A stretch of DNA of 8,321 nucleotides. Origin: Ascoidea asiatica JCM 7603 (taxonomy: Eukaryota; Fungi; Ascomycota). The number at the start of each line of letters is the position of its first letter. Positions within the stretch are counted from its first letter, which is position 1. A model generated the notes under the pieces. That model was not told where the DNA came from and made no database searches. It was given only the letters and a program-made list of their open reading frames with translations. Below are positions 1 through 7,682 of this stretch, in pieces. The DNA is taken from contig BCKQ01000049.1 in the NCBI GenBank assembly GCA_001600695.1, forward strand, positions 1 through 8,321, read 5' to 3'. Both the position numbers and the translations under genes were made by a program.

Positions 1-95
1 ATAAAATAAAATAAAATAAAATAAAATAAAATAAAATAAAATAAAATAAAATAAAATAAAATAAAATAAAATAAAATAAAATAAAATAAAATAAA
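1..95. repeat. (ATAAA)n pentanucleotide microsatellite, at least 19 perfect units, truncated by the window edge
   Basis: Direct reading: ATAAA repeated without interruption from 1 to 95. Confidence 0.98.
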
Positions 96-1273
96 AAGGC
101 AAGTTATTAGTTTGGGATAAACTAGGATTGAATATATGAGTATTGTAAGTAAATAGTTAAAAAATAGGTCAGTTAAATGAATAAATGAGTAGGTGAAAAA
201 AAGAAGTAAATAAATAAATAAACAAGTAAACTAGATATTAGAAACTAGAAATTTTAAAAAAAAATAAACAAACAAAAAGAATAAATAAATAACTAAATAA
301 ATAAATAAACAAATAAAAGAATTGAATTTGTAGTTAAAGTTCAATAATTTCTCCTTTTGAAAATGACTGCATATATTTGAATTTTATTGAATTAAATGAG
401 TTATTGAAGAATTAAAGTGAATGAAAATGAATGAAAGTGAATGAGATGGAATAAATTTTAAATTTATATAATTGAATGATTAAATAAATTATAAAATTTA
501 TATGACAGAAATTAATTGATTTAGATTATTAAAATATAGTTTGATTTAATGAATTAAGGAATTAATTTAACTAAATTTATTGATCTAAAAATTAAGGGTA
601 AATTGATTTAATTTACCAAATGATTTAATTTATAAATTAGTTTGAATTGAATTGAATTGATTTAATTTGATTTGATACTTGGTATTGGATATCTAATAAT
701 TGCTAATTTAAATGAATGAAATTGAATAGAGATAAATGAAATGATTGTAAGTTAATTTACATTATTTACATGGAATCAAGGATATTTCAAGGAGGATAAA
801 TAAATAAAGGAGGTAAATTTTTTATTTTTTTCATTAAATACTGTTTATAAAATTTTAAATATCATTAACCATTAATAATTGATAAGATTGAGAATTATGA
901 AAATTAAAATTTCCTTAAGATTTTTTTTAAATCAAAAATGATTTGTTTATTTTAATTGAGTGGAAGTAAATATTATTAGTAATAAAATGTTATGTAATAT
1001 TGTTATTGTTTAAAGGAATTTTTAAATTTACCTGAAATTAAAATAAGTAATTTTCAGTTTTAAGAAGTTATGAATACAAAATTAATAGTTTGTTTATTCA
1101 TTATCGGTAAAATACCATAGTATCAGTCATAATATTTCAAATAACATTATTCATATTTTTAATTTGATTAGTTAACCAGCTTCATGTTATTATTTTATTA
1201 TGAAAAGAAGGTAGTTGAAAGAGGAAATTATTCTTAATGAGTAAAAGGAAAGTTATTTCATTACTTTATTAAT

Positions 1274-1300
1274 TTCTTACTTTCTTACTTTCTTACTTTC
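1274..1300. repeat. (TTTCTTAC)x3 short tandem repeat
   Basis: tttcttac tttcttac tttcttac ttt read directly. Confidence 0.8.
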
Positions 1301-1429
1301 TTTGTTTCTTACATTATTTCTCTGAGAGTTAAAATACTCAAAAGAATTAACTTGATTTGATTGAATTGAGTTGTTTATTTCAAAGGGGCACTTTTTTTAT
1401 ATTTGTTTTGTTTTGTTTTGTGGTTTTTT

Positions 1430-1600
1430 CCCGTGCCTTTTTGGGGAATTTTAAAAATTCGACGGCTGCCGCAGTACCGCAGACATGGATTCAAAAAAAT
1501 TAACGTTTTGTGGGTGCATATAGGTACACTAATGCACATGATGGTTGGTTTGAAGGAGTTAAGGTTTTGTGAGTGCAGTGTCCCACTGAAATTCTATATT
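1430..1600. promoter_or_regulatory. GC-enriched island, probably the upstream regulatory region of a minus-strand gene left of the window
   Basis: GC content rises sharply against the AT-rich background. Contains CGG-N3-CCG (1463-1471), tandem CCGCAG and TGGGTGCA (1511-1518, the reverse complement of TGCACCCA). It lies past the DET1 stop and resembles the other two promoter islands in the window. Confidence 0.45.
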
Positions 1601-1769
1601 ATGACAGTCCCAAAAAATGTTATTTCTTGACCCATGATTAGAAGAATAAATGAGGTTGAGACCATTTATATGGATTTACTATTATTTCATATACTTTATA
1701 TTTATTATTTATTATTTATTATTTATTACCGTATATTCATTTAAAAAGTTATGGATGAAAATTATAATA

Positions 1770-1963
1770 TTATTGAACATCAGATAATATAGAATCTGTT
1801 GGGATATTATAATTTTGATCTAGATCTAAAAAATCATTTAAATCTTTTAAATTTGATTTACTATAATGTTTTGATTCACCATCATTATTATTTTCATCAT
1901 CACTAAAATTATTTAAAGATAATTTATGTTTTAAATTATTTTCTATAACTTTTATTTCACCAC

Positions 1964-1994
<31 letters not shown>

Positions 1995-2999
1995 TTTTAA
2001 AGATAATTTTCTTGAATTTCTTCTTTTTTCAAAAGCAAATTTTATTTTATCTTCTTTTAATTTTTGATCTTTTATAGTTTCTTTTTCTTTATTTAAAATT
2101 TCATCAATTTCTTTATTATTAGTATCATTTAAAATAGAATTATTTAAATTATTATTTAAATTACTATTAGAACTATTATCGAGATTATTATCGAGATTAT
2201 TATCGAGATTATTATTATCAACTAGATTAGAAGTTGCATTTAACATTAAAGATCTTTCAGTATCATGATTATAATTATCAATTTCTTTATCATTTGTTTC
2301 ATCCCAAGTTTTTAATTTTGTTAATAATTTATATTTTTTATTATTATTATTTAAGGATATATTTTTTTGCATAATAAGAAATTTACAATGAGATATATTT
2401 CTTAAATTTTCAAATTTTTCAACATTCCATCTAAACCATTTCATTAAAAATACTCTTGCCCAAATTCCATGAGTTATTAATACTAAAATTGTTGGGAATT
2501 TATTACTATTAAATTGTCTAAAAATAGTTTCATTAAAACCTGCAACTCTATCATAAACATCAGCAGCACTTTCACCATGTGGAATTCTATAAAAAAAATG
2601 ACCATAATTTGATCTTTCTTTCCAAATTTTTTCCATTTCTATAGAATTTGATTGAAAATTACCAAAATCTTGTTCTCTCATTCTTGGTTCTTCATGAACT
2701 CTATATGGTATTTTATTATTATTATTGTTATTATTGTTATTACTTTCAGAATTGAATTCAAGACCTTTAATTATACCATCTAAAGTTTGTCTTGTTCTAA
2801 TATATGGAGAAGTATAAAATAAAATTGAATCATTTTTATTTAAAAATTTTCTTAATTTTTTACCAGCTAAAATAGCTTGTTCTTGACCTTTTTTAGTTAA
2901 AGGTACTTTATGATTTGGTATATATCTATTTACACTTTTATCACAATTACCTTCAGATTCTCCATGACGTACTAAAATTATTAATCTTGGTCTTGTCAT
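1770..2999 (-). CDS. DET1: Broad-range acid phosphatase Det1-like protein (histidine phosphatase / phosphoglycerate mutase superfamily) with an Asn-rich low-complexity C-terminal tail
   Basis: 409-aa ORF. RPRLIILVRHGES carries the catalytic RHG motif, followed by YTSPYIRTRQT, EEPRMREQDFGNFQ, YGHFFYRIPHGESAADVYDRV and a second His motif LITHG. These match Det1 as recalled, and the gene neighbours TPI1 as S. cerevisiae DET1 does. Confidence 0.9.
2174..2215. repeat. Coding 12-bp minisatellite (TATTATCGAGAT)x3.5 encoding LDNN repeats in the Det1 tail
   Basis: Perfect units at 2174, 2186 and 2198. The protein reads NNLDNNLDNNLDN. Confidence 0.9.
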
Positions 3000-3123
3000 T
3001 TTAATTTATATTGTAATTGATGAAGTTGAGATAAGAATTTGAAATAAGAATAAACTGAATGATTGATAAAGGAGAAGGAGTATAATATATATAATACAAA
3101 TTGAATGAGAATAAATAAATATA

Positions 3124-3159
3124 ATAATATAATATAATATAATATAATATAATATAATA
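3124..3159. repeat. (AATAT)n microsatellite upstream of DET1
   Basis: About 7 perfect units, the exact reverse complement of 3629-3664. Confidence 0.95.
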
Positions 3160-3204
3160 AAATAATATAAATAAAGTATAAATAAAGTATAAATAAAATA
3201 TAAT

Positions 3205-3530
3205 ACGGGTACTACCTGATGGCAGCTAACTAAGATCACATGACCGGCGCAGTTAAATATATCCCCAGTCAAATATCACGGACACAGCACAAAGAAGTCA
3301 AGGACAGACCGAGAACACCCATCGAAGTGGTCTCTATTTCCACTGTGGCGTGTGATTTGCGTCCCGGTGCCATCTGACGATCCACCACCAGTGCCATGGT
3401 ACTGCTGAGACTACCCCGGAGTGATTGCCTGGTGCATGGCAGCGGATGATAACACTAACAGTAACACTAACAGTAACACTAACAGTAACACTAACAGTAA
3501 CACTACCTACCACCCACCACCAGATGATGT
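3205..3530. promoter_or_regulatory. GC-rich bidirectional promoter core for DET1/TPI1
   Basis: GC island between divergent ATGs. Contains ATCACATGAC (3235-3244, matches RTCACRTG, a Cbf1/Tye7-type E-box), further ATCAC half-sites (3275, and as GTGAT at 3352 and 3421), a partial Rap1-like ACACCCAT (3315-3322) and the near-palindrome AGTGCCATGGTACT (3390-3403). Confidence 0.7.
3450..3505. repeat. 12-bp minisatellite (TAACACTAACAG)x4.7
   Basis: Perfect units at 3450, 3462, 3474 and 3486, with a partial unit at 3498. Confidence 0.95.
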
Positions 3531-3587
3531 CTTCTCTTTATTACTGCATTATCTCTTCACTTTCTCAATTTCTCACTTTCTTTCTTT

Positions 3588-3595
3588 TATAAAAG
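3588..3595 (+). promoter_or_regulatory. Candidate TATA box of TPI1 (TATAAAAG)
   Basis: Matches TATAWAWR about 200 bp upstream of the ATG, after a pyrimidine-rich tract. Part of the palindrome CTTTTATAAAAG (3584-3595). Confidence 0.6.
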
Positions 3596-3626
3596 CCTTT
3601 GCATTTCTTCTCATTAATAGCTTTTG

Positions 3627-3664
3627 TATATTATATTATATTATATTATATTATATTATATTAT
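3627..3664. repeat. (TTATA)n microsatellite upstream of TPI1
   Basis: About 7.5 perfect units. Confidence 0.95.
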
Positions 3665-3691
3665 CAATTGTCAATTATAAGTTATCTAATA

Positions 3692-3725
3692 ACAAATACA
3701 AATACAAATACAAATACAAATACAA
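3692..3725. repeat. (ACAAAT)n hexanucleotide repeat in the TPI1 upstream/leader region
   Basis: About 5.5 units read directly. Confidence 0.9.
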
Positions 3726-3791
3726 TAACAATAACAAATATTGAATAAAATTTCATTATTAACTAAATTATATTATAAATCTTTTTTAAAA

Positions 3792-4541
3792 ATGTCTCGT
3801 ACTTTTTTCGTTGGTGGTAATTTTAAAATGAATGGTTCAAAAAATTCAATTGAAACAATTATTAAAAGATTAAATGAAAGTGAATTACCTAAAAATACAG
3901 AAATTGTAATTTCTCCACCTTCAATTTATTTAGATTTTTCAGTTTCAAAAAATTTAAAATTTCCAATTGTTCAAATTGCTGCACAAAATTCATTTGATAA
4001 AAAATCAGGTGCATATACTGGAGAAATTTCTGTTGAACAAATTAAAGATATTGGTGCAACTTGGGTAATTCTTGGACATTCTGAAAGAAGAACAATAATT
4101 AAAGAATCTGATGAATTTATTGCTTCAAAGACAAAATTTGCTTTAGATAATAATTTAAAAGTAATTTTATGTATTGGAGAAACTTTAGATGAAAGAAAAA
4201 TTGGTATAACTTTAAAAATTTGTTCAAGACAATTAACTGCAGTTTCTAAATTAGTTAAAGATTGGAAAAATATTGTTATTGCTTATGAACCTGTTTGGGC
4301 TATTGGTACTGGATTAGCTGCAACTCCAGATGATGCTCAAGAAACTCATAAATCAATTAGAGAATTTTTAATTAAATTAATTGGTGATGAACAAGCTTCA
4401 AAAATTAGAATTCTTTATGGTGGTTCTGTTAATGGTAAAAATGCAAATCAATTTAAAGATAAAGTTGATGTTGATGGTTTCTTAGTTGGTGGTGCATCTT
4501 TAAAACCTGAATTTATTGATATTATAAATTCAAGAAATTAA
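3792..4541 (+). CDS. TPI1: Triosephosphate isomerase (249 aa)
   Basis: [12 protein letters not shown] (catalytic Lys), ILGHSERR (catalytic His), [11 protein letters not shown] (catalytic Glu and loop 6), [14 protein letters not shown] and a yeast-type IINSRN end. The ATG at 3792 (aaaaATGtct) matches homologue N-termini. The ORF-track start at 3741 is a TTG. Confidence 0.99.
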   Translation: MSRTFFVGGNFKMNGSKNSIETIIKRLNESELPKNTEIVISPPSIYLDFSVSKNLKFPIVQIAAQNSFDKKSGAYTGEISVEQIKDIGATWVILGHSERRTIIKESDEFIASKTKFALDNNLKVILCIGETLDERKIGITLKICSRQLTAVSKLVKDWKNIVIAYEPVWAIGTGLAATPDDAQETHKSIREFLIKLIGDEQASKIRILYGGSVNGKNANQFKDKVDVDGFLVGGASLKPEFIDIINSRN

Positions 4542-4900
4542 TTAAGTAATTAATTAAGTAATTATTTATTTATTCACTTATTTACTATATATTAATTATT
4601 ATTTACTCTTCTTACATAATTACCATTTACAAACTTAATATGATAATGATTTACAACTTTTAAAATATTCTTTAATTGACTCTAATATATTATCCAATCA
4701 AATGATTAAGTAATAAAATTAACACTCAAGAGTAAATGAATAAAAGTAATTAAGTCTTAATCAATTTTTATTTAATCTTAAAGACAATATCAAAATAAAT
4801 ACAATATTATAACTACAATTTAAAGATAAGAATTAATTTAAAAAATAAAATATATTAAATAAAAACTATAAAAATAAGTAATTAAAATGACAATTTATAA

Positions 4901-5178
4901 CTATAATAAAACTTGTTAGTAATAATCCTTTAATAATTTACAACATTATTCATATTTATATCAATATCCATTAATAATTAATAATTAATATATACATATA
5001 CATATTTTATTTTTTTTTATAAATTTATCAGATTTAAAAAGCTCGGTAATGTTTAATCCTCATAATTTAGAAATCGGTCGAAGAAATTCAACTTGTGCAT
5101 TTGGGTCATCATGAAATTTATAATTAACTTATATATATATAGATATAAATATTGATATTTAAATCATTGTAAACTTAC
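4901..5178 (-). other. Spliceosomal intron (278 nt) of a non-coding snoRNA host transcript
   Basis: Minus strand: 5' splice site GTAAGT (5178-5173), perfect branch point TACTAAC (4921-4915), then AAGTTTTATTATAG ending in the 3' splice site TAG (4903-4901). Order and spacing are correct and the intron encloses the snoRNA. Confidence 0.8.
5021..5119 (-). ncRNA. SNR47: Box C/D snoRNA, snR47/U36 family (2'-O-methylation guide for 18S Am619 and 25S Am2220 in S. cerevisiae numbering); ends approximate
   Basis: Minus strand: C box ATGATGA (5112-5106), D' CCGA (5077-5074), C' ATGAGGA (5063-5057), D CTGA (5031-5028) and a 10-bp flanking stem (5017-5026 with 5114-5123). The D guide is complementary to conserved 18S TTAAAAAGCTCG (5034-5045) and the D' guide to conserved 25S GAAGAAATTCAAC (5080-5092). 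The D+5 rule selects an A in both targets. The rRNA sequences and family assignment are from recall. Confidence 0.92.
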
Positions 5179-5269
5179 TCTTTATTCATGGTATTGGTTA
5201 AATACTTTTAATGATAATAATAATATAAATGAATAAACTAACATAATAAAACAAAGTGAATTTGAGTCT

Positions 5270-5277
5270 CTTTTATA
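5270..5277 (-). promoter_or_regulatory. Candidate TATA box (TATAAAAG) of the snoRNA host transcript
   Basis: Perfect TATAWAWR on the minus strand, about 90 nt upstream of the 5' splice site and about 65 nt downstream of the Reb1 site. Confidence 0.6.
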
Positions 5278-5340
5278 TTCATTCTTTGATACTGCCTCAA
5301 TTGAAAAGTTTTAATTCACACACTGAAAATGGGTGACTGC

Positions 5341-5350
5341 TCCGGGTAAC
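5341..5350. promoter_or_regulatory. Reb1 binding site (TCCGGGTAAC)
   Basis: Exact match to the Reb1 consensus CCGGGTAA / TTACCCGG, unlikely by chance at this AT content, in the divergent snoRNA-host/ORC2 promoter. Confidence 0.8.
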
Positions 5351-5375
5351 AGCCAAATCTCTCGTTCTTTCTTTG

Positions 5376-5437
5376 TTTCAGGGCTTTTTCAGGGCTTTTT
5401 CAAACGTGTTTTTTTGTTTTTGTTTTCTTCCAGGGCT
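5376..5437. promoter_or_regulatory. Three CAGGGCT (Tbf1-like) motifs, two as an 11-bp tandem repeat, flanking a poly(dT)-rich tract
   Basis: TTTCAGGGCTT at 5376 and 5387, CAGGGCT at 5431. The first two read AGCCCTGA on the minus strand, one mismatch from Tbf1 ARCCCTAA. T-rich tract at 5409-5426. Confidence 0.5.
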
Positions 5438-5479
5438 CTAAAATAAAGAAGACCCAGGAATATGGTCTCAGAGAGTACA

Positions 5480-5544
5480 CAGGGGTCTACAGCAGAGGTC
5501 TACTTCAGGGGTCTACTTCAGGGGTCTACTTCAGGGGTCTGCAA
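5480..5544. repeat. 13-bp minisatellite (CAGGGGTCTACTT)x5 with four AGGGG/CCCCT cores upstream of ORC2
   Basis: Units: CAGGGGTCTACAG (5480), CAGAGGTCTACTT (5493), CAGGGGTCTACTT (5506 and 5519), CAGGGGTCTGCAA (5532). Confidence 0.93.
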
Positions 5545-5685
5545 CAACTTTGTTTACTCTTCACACTTCAAAAGTGTATAAACAAAGAAGTAAAATGGGT
5601 GATATAAACAAAGTAACAAAGTAACCAAGTAACAAGAACAGAATTGATACTAATTCTAAAATAATCATTATAAACTACAATTATA

Positions 5686-6084
5686 ATGCAGAATATTCCA
5701 TCTTTGAAATCTCCAAATAAAAGAATATCAAAAGATGAAATAATATTACCTTCAATTAATAAAATAAATAATAATAAATTAAATTCAATCTCAAGTCTAA
5801 AAAGAGGTATAATATCTCCAATAAAATCTCCATATAAAAATCAAATTAAAAGTCCATTAAAATCTCCATTAAAATCTCAAATAAATCAATTTACAAATTC
5901 AATTATACCTTTAAAAAGAGTACTTGATCAATCTGATGATGATGAAGATTTTAATGATTATGAAAATAATAATAATTATAAATTTTTAAAAAATAAAAAT
6001 TCATTTTATGAAAAATTAAAAATTGCAGGTTATGCATCTCCTGAAAAATTTGAAATTAAATATTCAAATAATATAACTAGAAAC

Positions 6085-6128
<44 letters not shown>

Positions 6129-7527
6129 TGAAATTCAAATTAATAATTTTACAAAAACTCCATTACCAAAAACTATTGAAGAAGAAGAATTTTATAATAA
6201 ATTCTTTAATAATTTAATATCTTCAAATTTTTATAAAAATAATAACAATAAAAACATTACCGCCAATATAAATAATAATAAAATTACTACCGCCAATAAT
6301 AATAAAAATAAATTTACTTATTCAAATTCAATTGAAAATAAAATCTTATTCTTAGATGGTCCAGAAGGTTATTTTGAACAAAATAAATATAAAATAAAAT
6401 TATCAAATAATTCAATCTCAGAAATTTCAAATTTAAATTATATTGAATTTAATAAATTAATAAAATTAAAAAATTTTTTAAATTTAAATTCAAAAAAAAA
6501 TTTAAATTTAATTTATTATTCTTTATTTAATCAATTTTTTTTACAATTAAATCTTGGTTATAATTTAATTTTTTATGGTATTGGTTCAAAATTAAAAATT
6601 TTAAATAAATTTATTAAAAAATTCTTAATAAATTTTATTAATTTTCCAATTTATATTATTAATGGTTATAATCCATTAATAAATTTAAAAGAAATTATTG
6701 AAAATATTATAAAAATTTTAATAAATAATAAATTTTATAAAAATTATTTTAAAAATTTAATTTTTCCAAAATCTTTAAATGATTTAATACCATTTTTAAT
6801 AAAAATTTTAAATAATTTAAAAGAAAAAGAAAAAGAAAAATCAAAATCAAAAAGTAATAATATAAATAATATAAATAATATAAAAATTTTAATTATTTTT
6901 AATAATATTGATGGTAATTCAATTAAAAATTTTAAATTTCAAAAAATTTTCTCAGAATTAATTTCAACAAATCAATTTTGGTTAATTTCAACAATTGAAA
7001 ATATAAATTCATCATTATTATGGAATTCAAATATTTTAAATAATTATAATTTTATATTTCATAATTTATCAACTTTTGAAAATTCATTAATTGAAAATTC
7101 TTTTGAAGATTTATTAACAATTGGTCAAAATGATAAAAAAATTGGTTCAAAAGGTGCAAAATATGTTTTATCTTCATTAACTATAAATTCAAGAAATTTA
7201 TATAGAGTTTTAATTTCAAATCAATTACAAAATATGGAAGATGAATTAATTTTATCTGCTAACAATAATAATAATAATAATAATAATAAAATTATAGATA
7301 GAGATAATTATTTAGGTAATATTAAACATGGTATAAGTTTTAAAATGTTATTTAATTTATGTGCTGATGAATTTATTTCAAGTAATGAAATTAATTTTAG
7401 AACAATGTTAAGAGAATTTATTGAACATAAAATGGCAAATTTAACTAAAGATTCTTTTGGTACTGAAATTGTATTTGTACCATTAACTTTAAAAGAATTA
7501 GAACAATTATTAATTGAATGTTTTTAA
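5686..7527 (+). CDS. ORC2: Origin recognition complex subunit 2 (613 aa)
   Basis: FLDGPEGYFEQ, LGYNLIFYGIGSK (the Orc2 YGxGSK motif), INGYNP, YNFIFHN, GAKYVLSSLTINSRNLYRVL and a C-terminal winged helix (FRTMLREFIEHKM). The N-terminus is disordered, with S-P-x-K sites and poly-Asn tracts. Confidence 0.95.
6085..6126 (+). repeat. Coding (AAT)n tract, poly-Asn in the Orc2 N-terminus
   Basis: 14 consecutive AAT codons after an AAC. Shorter tracts occur near 7261-7287 and in DET1. Confidence 0.95.
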
Positions 7528-7660
7528 TTGTAATAATATAGAACTGTAATAATATTTAATCGTAATGATATTTAATTGTATAAAATTTTAAAGTAAATTT
7601 TTGAAGAAAAAGAATATAAAAAGAAGATTAATAAAAGTAATAAAAGTAAGTAAATATAAT

Positions 7661-7666
7661 AAAAAA
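7661..7666 (-). terminator. RNA polymerase III oligo(dT) terminator of the tRNA gene
   Basis: T6 run on the minus strand, 16 nt past the discriminator base. Confidence 0.7.
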
Positions 7667-7682
7667 GAGACAAATATATAAA

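Noticed and set aside
1403-1630. 75-aa plus-strand ORF
   Set aside because: Non-ATG start, no recognisable motif, and G/C-ending codons unlike the real genes. Explained by a GC-rich regulatory island.
2327-2337. 11/11 ARS consensus match ATTTATATTTT
   Set aside because: Lies inside the DET1 CDS and is expected by chance at this AT content.
3235-3244. ATCACATG as CDEI of a point centromere
   Set aside because: Followed by GC-rich sequence rather than an AT-rich CDEII, with no CDEIII at the right spacing. Better explained as a promoter E-box.
3006-3272. 88-aa minus-strand hydrophobic ORF
   Set aside because: Non-ATG start. The apparent transmembrane character comes from the (TTATA)n microsatellite and T-rich upstream sequence.
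3450-3505. CACTAACAG units as branch point / 3' splice sites, or a CRISPR-like array
   Set aside because: Spacerless tandem repeat in a eukaryote, no consensus donor upstream, and it lies upstream of the likely TATA box.
3741-3743. ORF-track start as the main TPI1 start
   Set aside because: It is a TTG, and homologues begin at the MSRTFF ATG (3792). Kept only as a speculative minor isoform.
3421-3744. 107-aa plus-strand ORF
   Set aside because: GTG start, and built from three tandem repeats across the TPI1 promoter and leader.
4539-4553. Stop-codon readthrough giving Tpi1 a peroxisomal PTS1
   Set aside because: The stop is TAA-T, a poor readthrough context, and the extension would end in L-S-N, which is not a PTS1.
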